Below are positions 52,838 to 64,000 of a stretch of DNA of 64,000 nt, in pieces. The stretch lies in contig NC_043001.1 of assembly GCF_006345805.1 (NCBI RefSeq), positions 3,844,001-3,908,000 of the forward strand, written 5' to 3'. The position numbers and the translations under genes were made by a program. The notes beneath the pieces are model-generated. The model had not been told where the DNA came from. It saw nothing but the letters and a program-made list of their open reading frames with translations, and searched no databases. Origin of the DNA: Octopus sinensis. Taxonomy: Eukaryota. The stretch's first letter is position 1, and every line of letters begins with the position of its first letter.

Positions 52838-53419
52838 CATTTATTATTGCTATTTTATTTCTGTCTGCTTCTATTTTTGTTACATTGTTTTTTATTCATT
52901 TGTTTTCATTTTATTTCACTTCTTGTGTGTTGAGTTTGTCGTCCTGTATTTGTTTACCTCTATATTGCTTGCTCGTTTGATGCCGTTAAATCGTTGGCTA
53001 TGGATCGCCTCGCTTGCTCGTACGAACGAAACAAAAGGAACGATATGGTGTTTATTGCAGCTAAGCTGGGATGAATTATCTTGGCGTACAAAGTAAAGAA
53101 ATATAAGAAAAATGACGAGGAGGAGAATTTAAACGAGGATACATGTGTGTGGGCGTGATAGCATATAATACGTATGGCCAGGATTATTTGTCAGAAATAA
53201 AAAGCAAGATATATGTGATTTACAATATAGATATATGAAACAATGTTTTGAACGAAATTCAATCTGGTGATTTTCAATTGTATTTTTTCGGGGATATTTG
53301 TCATTCGATATTCAGTTTTAACTTCAGTTCAACCTTAATTCAATTTTATGCACGAGATGTCGTCAACTGAATGGACTTGCAGACAATAGCAGGTTAGTTG
53401 TTCGAATAAGTCCTCATAT

Positions 53420-54355
53420 TATATTTTTTCTACTAAAGTCACAATGCCTGAAATTTGGGGACAGGGGACTAGTCGATTACATCGACCCCAGTGTTTAACT
53501 GCTACATAATTTACCATCCCGAAAGGATGGAAGGCAAAATCGACCTCGGCAGAAATTGAACTCTGAACGTAGTGTTAGACAAAATACTGCTAAACATTTC
53601 GTTCGGCCTGCTTACGATTCCTCATATCATAATATGAGCAGTTCACGCCCGAACCCAAATCATCGTCAGATTCTTTTCTTTAATTTTATTTCTTTTAATT
53701 CTCTACTCCAATAACTGTTACTAATTTAAAGAGAAAGGCAACAGTTTTCAGGGCTGAAGATTCGTCAATTATATCGTGTCCAATACGCTATAAGTACTCT
53801 GTGCTATCAACCCCGCAAGGACGAAAGGCATTGTTAACATATGAATACTTTGAACACAGAATATGAGACGGAAGAAATACTGGTATTCTACCGACCCACC
53901 ATACTTTCTCTATTTGTGAGTCGGTTATAAGTTTAAATGTGGCGAAATGACCGAATCATTGGCAAACCTGACAAAATGTTTATCGTACGTCTTTACGGTA
54001 TGAGTTCAAATTTCCGCCGAAGTCGACTTTACCTTTTATAATTTCGGAGCAATAATATAAGAACCAGTTGAGTACCGGGGTCGATGTAATTGGCTTAACT
54101 CCTCCACCGAAATTGCAATCCTTGTACCGAAATCTTTAATTGTTTGAAGACGGTGAGCAGGCAAAAACGTTAGATCACCAGTGATAACGATTAACGGCAT
54201 TTAATTCGTCTTTATGTTCAGTGTTCAAATTTTGCTGCGGTTTACTTTCCCTTCATCATTTCGGGGTCGATAAAAGAAGTACCAGTTAGGTACTGGGGTC
54301 AATGTAATCGACGTACCCAACCACTTTGAAGTTGCTGGCCAAACTTTTAAACCAA
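53420..54355. mobile_element. Cluster of about four family-B SINE copies (two minus, two plus)
   Basis: Minus copies at about 53420-53625 and 53740-53900; plus copies at about 53935-54135 and 54145-54355; most carry ggggtcgat/atcgacccc and gttcaaatt motifs (the 53740 copy is degenerate). Confidence 0.75.
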
Positions 54356-55447
54356 TTAAAGTTGAAAGTTTACCGCTTTCGTTTTAGAATTTGGGTGAAC
54401 AGAATTTGATCTACAAAAACACGTTGACCCTCCATCACCAGCCTTCGCAGGCCCCGGGATGAGTGTAATATGTGTGATATGCGTTTTCCTAAACTGTTGC
54501 CTTATAATGCCTGCAACTACCTCATCCCCAAAACAAAATGTGAAAAAATCCTGGAGAAGAAAAGGACTTGTCGAAAGACTTATTGATGGCCGTGTAGGTA
54601 GATGAAGTTTTTGTGGGAACAATATGCATAGGAGGAGGTGGTATGGGACTAAGAAGGTGAGGGTGCTCGAGAGTTGTAACCGGAATACGCCGAGTGCAAA
54701 ATCATCACGTGATCTTTAAATCGGTACCAATAAATGGTATCAAAGATGCAAGATGTAATTGGAAAATTGTTTATGAGACATTAATATCTAAACAGACTGG
54801 TTCTTGAATATAAGATGCGATATTGCTAGTGTTACTAAAGCAACAGATGATAAAGGCTGTACAATTGATATTGTCATTACTGAAAAATCTCACAATGAAT
54901 ATAAAAGAAATTGATAAGATCTAAGAATTTATGATAGTGCTTTGTGTAATGGGAAGGAGGAGGCAGGGGAGGAGGGAGAGCGCAATATGCGTGGATCAGT
55001 AGTCATTATAATAACGAAAGTAAGTGTTTCCTGTCTGTCACAAACATTGACTAATACATGTGAAACCAACGAGAAAGCTTCTAGAAAAATCGCTCGACTA
55101 GAAATAATAGCTAGAACAACAAAAATTAATAAAATAATGCCTTGAAAATGATGGTGCATTAAATTATGTAATCCTAGAAAAACTAGGCCTGAATAAAAGA
55201 CATGTAGGTTATAAATGGAATATCATTGATTACAGATCTCTTCTATTTAGACTGGGCGAAATGTTAGACAAATGAATAAACACAAGTGTCCCCACCATAT
55301 AGGCGTCTCCATATAGAAGAACCTCCCTCAAATAAACCGCAACCTCTTACAAGTACACACGCCGGGTAAACTGATTCTAGATTCGACGAAGGAAATCAAT
55401 ATAATTTCATCGTCTTCATTAAGGAAATTAATCCTTATAAATAGTTG

Positions 55448-55758
55448 TAGGCGTAGGAGTGGCTGTGTGGTAAGTAGCTTGTTTACCAGCCACATGGTTC
55501 GGGGTTCAATCCCGCTGCGTGGCAGCTTGGGCAAATGTCGTCTACTATAGCCTCGGGCCGACCAAAGCCTTGTGAGTGGATTTGGTAGACGGAAACTGAA
55601 AGAAGCCTGTCGTATATATGTATACATATATGTGCGTGTGTTTGTGTGTGTGTATGTTTGTGTGTCTGTGATGTCCCCCAACATCACTTTACAATCGATG
55701 CTGGTGAGCCTACGTTCCCGTAACTTAGTGTTTCGGCAAAAGAGACAGATAGAATACA
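55448..55758 (+). mobile_element. Family-A SINE, 3'-truncated
   Basis: Well-preserved head and CORE-like region; stops at gagacagatagaata. Confidence 0.9.
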
Positions 55759-55777
55759 GTTATATATATATACTCAT

Positions 55778-56179
55778 TTACTCTTTTACTTGTTTCAATC
55801 ATTTGACTGCGGCCATGCTGGAGCACCGCCTGTAATCGAGCAACTCGACCCCGAGACTTATTTTTTGTAAGCCCAGTACTTATTCTATCGGTCTCTTTTG
55901 CCGAACCGCTAAGTGACGGGGACGTAAACATACCAGCATCGGTTGTCAAGCAATGCTAGGGGGACAAACACAGACACACAAACATACACGCACATACATA
56001 TATATACACATATATACGACGGGCTTCTTTCAGTTTCCGTCTACCAAATCCACTCACAAGGCTTTGGTCGGCCCGAGGATATAGCAGAAGACACTTGCCC
56101 AAGATGCCACGCAGTGGGACTGAACCTGGAACCATGTGGTTGATAAGCAAGCTACTTACCACACAGCTACTCCTACGCC
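55778..56179 (-). mobile_element. Family-A SINE, full length
   Basis: Reverse complement is colinear with 22300-22695. Confidence 0.92.
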
Positions 56180-56379
56180 TATATATATATATAAGAAACT
56201 GCAGTCTGAGAATAACCGAGTTAGTAAACGTTTTTATCTTCTTTTCACTAAATTTATCTAGCTTCTGTGTTCCTACCACATATTTCGCCTTAATGTACTG
56301 ATATATGGAAAATATATGGCTTGTGTTAGAAATACCAGCGATTATAATTATTTTTATTTTATCGCAATTTGATTTGTTT

Positions 56380-56440
<61 letters not shown>

Positions 56441-56989
56441 TTTATTCAAAAGTAACCGAGCGCGTATTTCAAATGCTGGTCTTATTGACGGTTTACAGGT
56501 ACGAATCCGGTATATTGACTTAATCTCCTGCGAACATTATACAAGTGACGCTGCCTCCAAGCTGACCACAGGGTAAGCTCAATTTCGCATGTGCATCTTA
56601 ATTTTGACTAGCTTAACAGAGAATTAATGAAAGATACCATTTACACTATATTTGGCTAAAAAAAGGAAACCTATTTTTCAGGATAATCCAACGACAGTTA
56701 AATAAAGCTCTTTCACTGTGAAATCCCCTAAGTAATGTAATTTCAATAAGTGCTTGTAGAATTCTGATGCTAATAGTGTGGGAACTGCCCACCAGAATCT
56801 TTTAGGTGGCCTTTGAGGAAAGCTGATCGATGTTTACCTCTCTAGTCTTTCTTTCAAGCTTCCTATTATATCTTACATTAACTCAAACTTGTTGACACAC
56901 CTCAAAGAAGAGAAGAGAGGGGCAGGATAAGTAAGATACGAAATCGTAGCAGTAGCAACAAAAATATTATTATTACTATTATTTTTTTT

Positions 56990-57583
56990 CTTCGTGACCT
57001 GACAACTATATCTGGTCTGTTGGCCTTAATTTCTCTATCTGTGTGTATTGGCATATCCCAGGGTATGGTTGCTTTCTCGTTTTCTGTGACTTTTTCTGGT
57101 GTGTGCCTATACCATCTTTTTTCTGTTGTTATTCCATAATGTTGGCATAGCTTCCAATGTATGTAGGTTCCAACTCTGTCGTGTCTGGGCAGCCAGAGAT
57201 AATATGATTTATTGTTTCTTGTCCATCTCCACATACTCTGCAGTTACTTGTTATATTTCTTTTCATTACATGTTTTTGGTAATTTCTGGTGGGGAGGCTT
57301 TGGTCTTGGGCTGCAATTAAAAATCCCACCGTCTCTGCTTTGAGTCCTGAGCTTCTCAACCATTGCTGTGATTTTTGCTTGTCTATTTCTTTAGCGTTTA
57401 GTTTGGTCCAGTATTTACCATGAAGGGGCTTTTCTTGCCATCGTTTTATCATGGTTCGTTGCTGTTCTATTTTTAGTTTGGATTTCATTTGTTTTATAGC
57501 TTTTATTGTTTCTTCATCTTCTTCGTCCTTCTTCATATTTGTTAGGTGGTATGATTTCTTGTTTGTATTTGTCAGCTTCCTTA
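56990..57583 (-). mobile_element. R4/Dong-like retrotransposon fragment, second subfamily (zinc knuckle and start of RLE)
   Basis: WQEKPLHGKY, LRSSGLKAET, AAQDQSLPTRNY, CRVCGDGQETINHIISGC (CCHC), then after a deletion RHDRVG..WDMPIHTDREIKANRPDIVV; TAA-type repeats on both sides. Confidence 0.85.
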
Positions 57584-57634
57584 TTATTACTATTATTATT
57601 ATTATTATTATTATGATTATTATTATTATTATTA

Positions 57635-60338
57635 TTTTTTTTTTTTTTTCTTCTTTCAAATTTGATTCCATTTCTTGCCGAGTGTCTTCCCGACTCCTAG
57701 GGCAAAGAAATTCATAGTATACGTTGGTAGGACATTAAATTAAACTCACTAGTTCGTTAGTTTTTTTTTTTTTTATTTAAATTAAAATACATGTGTAGTA
57801 ATAGTTCTCACATCGACAATGCTCTTCTCAATACGTGTGATGTACCAGTTAAGACAATCTTTTGCACTTCTTGCAGGGATGTTAAGCCAGGGATAATTCT
57901 CATATAATTTTCGCTTCCCTTCTTGATCATTCCTAGTGCTCCTACAATCACTGGTATTGTAACCGCCTTGAGATGCCACATTTTCTCAATTTCAATGAGC
58001 AGGTCTTTATATTTTCTGAGCTTGTCAAACTCTTTCGCTGAGATTTTATGATCACAGGGGATGCTCATGTCGATCAATAAGCAAACTTTATTGTTTTGGT
58101 CTTTCACAACAATATCTGGTTTATTGGCTTTGATGGTTCGGTCTGTATGTACTGGAAAGTCCCACAGAATTGTTACATTTTCTCCTTCAGTTACAGCTTC
58201 AGGGTGGTGATTATACCACTTGTCGGCAGTTTTGATATTGTAATGCCGACTTATTAGCCATTGTAGATATTGGTCAACTCTGTCATGTCTTAATTTATAC
58301 TCCACTGGTGCTAAGACTTTACATCCAGAGATTAGGTGGTCCACTCTTTCAATCATGTCGTTGCAGAATCGGCATTTTGGGTCTGCTCCATTTTTCATCA
58401 TATTGGCCTGGTAGTTCCGGGTTAATAGGCTTTGATCTTGAGCAGTCAAGATGAAACCTTCGCTCTCTGCTTTTAGCCCTGAGCTACGTAGCCACTGATG
58501 GGTTTGCTTCTGGTCAACATCAGCTTGTTTGCTGCGGGCCACATACTTGCCGTGCAGAGGTTTCTCCTCCCACCTATCAGCCAATTGCTCGTGCGCTTTT
58601 TTCGTTGCCATTATTTTCACCTTCTTTGCAACAATAGTTGCCGTACTTCCCTCGGGTTGTTCAGTTTGGGTATCCTGCACGAGATCAATAGCAAATTGTT
58701 TGCTTTCCTTTATGATAGAATGAAGCTTCTTTCGTCTCTCGTGATTTTCCACGAGCTTTAGCATCCAGTCATTCGATATTTCGAGATATTTGGCCAGTCC
58801 AATTGTGGTTGTTTGTAAGCTATTTCAAATTGGATCAGGCTTCGACCTCCTTGGGCTCTGGGAAAGTAAAGGCGATCTATGTCTGCCTTTGGGTAGTGCA
58901 TCCTATTACAACTGAGCAGCTTGCGTATTTACCTCTCTATATTCTTTACTTCACTCATATTCCAGTTCAACACATTGTAGCTATAAGTAACAACTGGAAC
59001 TGCTAAGGAATTTATAGCTAACACCTTGTTACGTGCATCTAGTTCAGATTTCAGGACTGCACGAACTCTCCTATAACATTCCTTCCTGATATTCTCTTTC
59101 ATGCTTGCATGCTGAATACCAGAGCCTTCATTTATCCCTAAATATTTGTATGTTTGTTCTTGCTCAAGCTCTCTTATAACTGTGTCAACATCTAACACGA
59201 CTGAATTTGTGGTCTTACTTTCCCTTTCTGGAAAGTGGCCTTGGCACACTTCTCAAGCCCAAACTCCATCCCGATGTCATCGCTGAATGCTTTCACAGTG
59301 CGCAATAGGCCTTCAAGTTCATTATCGTCTTTACCATAGAGATTTAAGTCATCCATATAAAATAGATGGCTTATCTTTTTACTGGCAATTTTATACCCAT
59401 ACCCTGTTCTGTTTAATTCACTTGTAAGGGGTATTAGGGCTATGCAGAATATTAAAGTCACCTTGAAAAATTCCGCAGTTGGTGTTTATATTTTCTGAGG
59501 CAAGTACTCCATTAGAGTGGTATAATTAGAGATTCGTATTCCACAACGACATATTGTGCTTCAGGAAGCTTGAAATCACAGGGGAAATTTTGAAGATGTC
59601 AAGCGATCTTAAGATCCATGGATGCGGTATACTGTCGAAGGCCTTTTTATAGTGAATCCATGCGGTGCTGAGATTTCTGCGCTTGTTGTGACAGTTCTCA
59701 AGGATCATACGATTGATTAGCAGTTGATCTTTGCATCCGTAAGAGCCTCGGCGGCACACTTGTTGTTCAATGGGGAAAATATCGTTCTTCTCCATGAATG
59801 CACATGTTTTCTCCGCCAGGATTGATGTTAGGATTTTATACGTGGTGGATAGACAGGTTATAGGCCGATAGTTTTTTGGAAGGTTGGTTTCGTTATTCTT
59901 TGGGAGTAGGTAAGTAATACCACTTGCTAACCATTCATGTGTTTTCTTTGGGTCTCTCATAATTCCATTGAGCAGCTGAACTAACTTACCGTGTGCGCAT
60001 GGGAGCAATGCGAGCCATAAATTCGGCACCCTATCTTTACCGGGGGATTTCTAATTATGGGCTTTTGTGAGTGCTTTTCTTAGGTCTGCTATTGTGATGT
60101 CTTCCCATGCTTGTTGTTGTAAATTTTGGTAGGATCCTTCTGTTTGTATAATCCAGTCTGCATTTATGTTGTACGTCTTCTTGTCACTCCAAATCCTTTT
60201 CCAAAAGTTTTGAACTTCTTCCATGGGAGGGGGATCTTTAACGGTTACTTTCTCCTTCCCTATTTCTCTGTAGAATTGTTTGGCATTGGAAGTGAACAGC
60301 TTATTTTGCTTGTAAAACTTGTTTCTCTTCTCAAATCT
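57635..60338 (-). mobile_element. 5'-truncated R4/Dong-clade non-LTR retrotransposon (RT + CCHC + restriction-like endonuclease, 3' UTR, poly-A)
   Basis: RT motifs NYRPITCL, GCKDQLLIN, YKKAFDSIPH, GIFQGD, HLFYMDDLNLY, YKYLG; C-terminal CRFC..VDHLISGC and KPDIVV..LIDMSIP..KY. The 3' UTR ends in an A-run joined to (TAA)n. Several frameshifts and stops. Confidence 0.92.
57808..58764 (-). pseudogene. Largest intact ORF piece of the R4/Dong element (zinc knuckle + RLE, 318 aa)
   Basis: From the ORF track; the upstream RT is split over 58929-59249, 59192-59461 and 59526-60029. Confidence 0.85.
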
Positions 60339-60345
60339 TCTTCTT

Positions 60346-60427
<82 letters not shown>

Positions 60428-60434
60428 GAAGAAG

Positions 60435-60466
<32 letters not shown>

Positions 60467-60590
60467 GAGTTAGAAGAAGAAGAAGAAGAAGAAGAAGAAG
60501 AAGAAGAAGAAGACGTAGAAGAAGAAGAAGAAGAAGAAGAAGAAGAAGAAGAAGAAGAAGAAGAAGAAGAAGAAGAAGAAGAAAAGAAGA
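60337..60590. repeat. (TTC)n-(TAT)n-(GAA)n compound microsatellite
   Basis: Directly visible at the 5' junction of the R4/Dong element. Confidence 0.95.
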
Positions 60591-60605
60591 GCTTAACTAT
60601 AAATA

Positions 60606-60840
60606 TGGCAGGCGGCAAGCTGGCAGAATCGTTAGCACGACGTGCGAAATGCTTAGCAGTATTTCGTCTGTCGCTACGTTCTGAGTTCAAATTCCGCCGA
60701 GGTCGACTTTGCCTTTCATCCTTTCGGGGTCGATTAAATAAGTCCCAGTTCCGCACTGGGGTCCATATAATCGACTTAATCCGTGTGTCTGCCATTGCTT
60801 GTTCCTTCTGTGTTTCGCCCCTTGTGGGTAGAAAAAAATA
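60606..60840 (+). mobile_element. Family-B SINE, well preserved
   Basis: ggcaggcggcaagctggcagaatcgttagcacg..gttctgagttcaaattccgccgaggtcgactttgcctttcatcctttcggggtcg. Confidence 0.92.
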
Positions 60841-61042
60841 TATAATTATGGCAGACCTGGTACGGATAGAATGCATCCTGAGCGAGCTAGGGTTTATTTA
60901 TAGGTTTATAAACCTTATCTTACCGTGTGTTATAATCATTAACATACCTTTCAATTAATTAGCTTTCTCGAACATACTTTCAGTCGTTACGGTGTTCATT
61001 CTAAACTAGTACGACTAAAAAGATAGAATATCGGACCAAACA

Positions 61043-61056
61043 GTTGCTATGGCAAC
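61043..61056. promoter_or_regulatory. RFX X-box motif candidate
   Basis: GTTGCTATGGCAAC within the extended palindrome CAGTTGCTATGGCAACTG. Confidence 0.45.
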
Positions 61057-61661
61057 TGAAATGATGCACAACCAGAAAAAATATAATATTCCATTACTTT
61101 TGTCCTTAATTCAAGTCTTACACAACATTCACAGAATTTATTGAATTTCATTGGAGATAGTTTTTCTATTTTTCTGTGTCTTTCACACAAAATTCCAATT
61201 GATAAAACTGACTTGTTTTCCCAAACCAAAATCTACAAAAACCACCATAATAATACGTTCAAAGTGGTAACGATGGTGATGATGGTGACATCGGTTGTGA
61301 TGTTTTGAGAAATGATGATGGCGCGGCGGCGGCGGTGGTGTTGGTGGTGGCGGTGGTGGTGATGATATCGATGACAACGACGTCGAAGAGGATAATGATG
61401 ATGACGATGACAGCAATGATGGTGATGAAAATTATCTTCAATTGAAATTTGAACATGAATTGAAATTCAATTTAAGAAAATATGTTTGCTTTTTTGTAGT
61501 ATTTTGAAGTTGAATTTTATTGAATTTTGATTTAAGTTGAAATTACAATTACCTCTTTTTTTTTAAATCGATCCGTAGCTCCTTATATTGGTTTTCAAAA
61601 TTTTCACAGTTTTATCAATTTCTAACTTCAAACAGTTTCTGAAATATACAAAAATTTTTTT

Positions 61662-61696
<35 letters not shown>

Positions 61697-62027
61697 CGGA
61701 TGAAAATTATTAATGAATCTATTTATCCAAGGACTCAACTTAAAGGCAATATAAATCATTATTTGCAAGATATCAACTTTCGTAGAATTTCTCAGTTATA
61801 TTCGAAAATATTTTCCAAAGCTAAAATCTTATTACTCTGATGCTTTCGTGTCTGATTCTTCTTGAAATTGTTTGACTTGACATTTAGGGAAACATTTGAT
61901 TATTGAGGCAACGATAGGAAGTCTCTATATAGTTACTTGATCGGTTAGAAGTAACGATCAATTTTATCTGAAACACTACTTATTGATAAAAGGAGAAAAA
62001 ATATATAAATTCAGATTACAAAATGGT

Positions 62028-62041
62028 GTTGTCATGGAAAC
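62028..62041. promoter_or_regulatory. RFX X-box motif candidate
   Basis: GTTGTCATGGAAAC. Confidence 0.35.
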
Positions 62042-63499
62042 AACTTCAATGGCAGGACGATTGCAAACATACAGAGAACTGCAAAAAACAAGCACCAAAC
62101 AAACTGAATAACTAAGAAAAGAAGGAGAAACTTCCATAGTCTGTAATACCTTAAACAGTGTCTAACATGGGCTCAATAGCAAAAATAATATACAACAGAG
62201 TTGTATATTAGGAGATTCCTTAGATGGAAGATATTCTTAAAGATAATCCACTCAGCAAACACTTTCAGAAAATGATTTTGATTTAAGAAAACAATTTCAT
62301 TTCTGAATCACAGCGAAATAGTGAACTCTGGCATAAATAACATTCGCATTATTATCATGCTTATTTTCACGACTCTAGAAATTCCTTATCTAGCAGCTTT
62401 TCAGAGATTCGGCAGAATATTCAATATGATAAAAATATTTATAGATTGTGATGTAGTTTGTTCTGATAATACATCTTAGATGATATAACACAACAGTTGT
62501 AGAATGGCACTAAACTTGTTACATACATCTAGCAACTTTGTTATGAGTCAAGATTTATTCTATATCCATCTGGTTTCGATTAGTTTAAAAAGAAAGTTGT
62601 TATTTCCGTCTATTTTCTTACACTGACAATCATTATTGTTCTTTAAATAAATCCAGAAAGAAATAGCGCTGAAAAGTGACAGAAACTACGTGCTAAAACA
62701 ATGATGAATCCAAATGATACTTTGATCGTTGATGTAAAAGATCGGAAAAGAAATAAGTAATTTGTCGCGGCTAAAAACGTTCGCCAAGAGTTAAAGGATT
62801 TAACAACGGAAACAAATGCTGCAACGACTGATTAAATATAAGAGCTCGGTGGAATCCAAGTCTGAGTCTCGTAAAGTAGACTAAAATGGTAAATACGTCA
62901 CAACATAAAATCAATTATCAAAGAATACAAAACACAACAATCCTCTCGTAAATAGTGGTCAAATCCTCCTGGAAACCTGGCCTCTCCCCAATTGTCCACC
63001 AAAAACATCGCCTTCATTAACAAACCACATTCACACTTCAAGAATCGAAACAAAACTGGTTTCGCAAACTTTCTCTCCCTGTGAAATTACTTTTTCCATA
63101 AGACAGAATCCAGGTTAACAGACTTTAGCAATTCTTCAATCAACGGCAGACATAACTAAAGCTTATAGATTTCACGGAAATATTGTAAACTCGTTCAAAT
63201 TTAGTGAAACTGATAAAAATTTGAAACAACTTCAAAAGCAATAAAGAAAAAATCTGGGAATCTGACTCAACTAATCAGATCCAGGGAAAAAAAAAAAACT
63301 TGCAGCTGAAATTAACTTGCAAGCAGCTGACCACTTCACAGATATGCGTAACACAGAATGTGACAAAGCTGACCCATTGAGTTAGAAATAAAACTCAGAT
63401 CTCCCTCAAATCCTCCCTAACGTCTTGCAGAAGGCAATGTACAGTGGCACAATGCTAACAATTATATTCTATCTCTGACGAAATGATGAAAAGTATGAA

Positions 63500-63605
63500 A
63501 GGCAAATTCACCTTCGTTGGAATTCGAACTTAGAATGTAAAGACAAACAGAATGCTGGTAAGTAGTTTGCTCGGTACGCTAACGACTCTGCCAGCTTGCT
63601 GCTAT
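63500..63605 (-). mobile_element. Family-B SINE, 5' part
   Basis: ggcaaattcaccttcgttggaattcgaacttagaatgta..gctaacgactctgccagcttgc. Confidence 0.7.
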
Positions 63606-64000
63606 AACTGATGCTGCAATAATATGCTGTTAAATATATCATATTAAAAACACGGCTGAAACGCCGTTGATTATTGGTGTTCACGGCTGTGCAGCAAGAA
63701 CAACAACAACAAGGCATTGAAAGTTATCGCTATAATCATCATGGAAATGAATTATTATCATCAGCTGTAACAACAACAACAACAACAACAACCATGTCAC
63801 TTTAAAACGCAAAGTATCAAATTCATGTCAGAATCGGTTAATCTGAAGAGTATTTCTGTGCTGCAATGTGGATTATGATTTTACAAGCAATTATAGTTAA
63901 TCTCCTGAATGTATGGATTATATAAGATAAACTGTGGCATGTAGCGTTATTAAATACTTTAATCCTGGATTCTATACCTTGGATTCTGTAACATAGAAAC

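Noticed and set aside
56434-56465. Mariner-like TIR start cacgtgtttattcaaaagtaacc
   Set aside because: No partner TIR found in the window.
62050-63450. Possible decayed I/Jockey-clade LINE
   Set aside because: A-rich strand bias is suggestive, but I could not read a definite endonuclease or RT motif.

Overview
AT-rich, microsatellite-dense animal genomic DNA. The SINE families and repeat landscape fit an octopus (coleoid cephalopod) genome best; this is inferred, not proven. I found no convincing host protein-coding exon: nearly all ORFs in the track are translations of simple repeats or SINEs, so the window looks intergenic or intronic. Recognisable content: (1) decayed transposon coding relics (RTE-BovB LINE, mariner, maT/DD37D, hAT, a CR1-like 3' end); (2) three R4/Dong-clade restriction-endonuclease-type non-LTR retrotransposon pieces, all ending at TAA-type repeats, two of them in tandem; (3) dozens of tRNA-derived SINE copies in at least five families, labelled A-E here; (4) MITE and Helitron-like elements. 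The most striking observation is two unrelated long, near-perfect inverted-repeat elements (32494-33764 and 46288-46840). Each carries a minimal type I hammerhead ribozyme motif in both arms, pointing outward. Two degenerate solo hammerhead-like motifs of a third sequence family also occur. This architecture fits Penelope-like element pseudo-LTRs or non-autonomous ribozyme-bearing retroelements. Three near-consensus RFX X-boxes lie in the last 12 kb. Most element boundaries are by-eye estimates.
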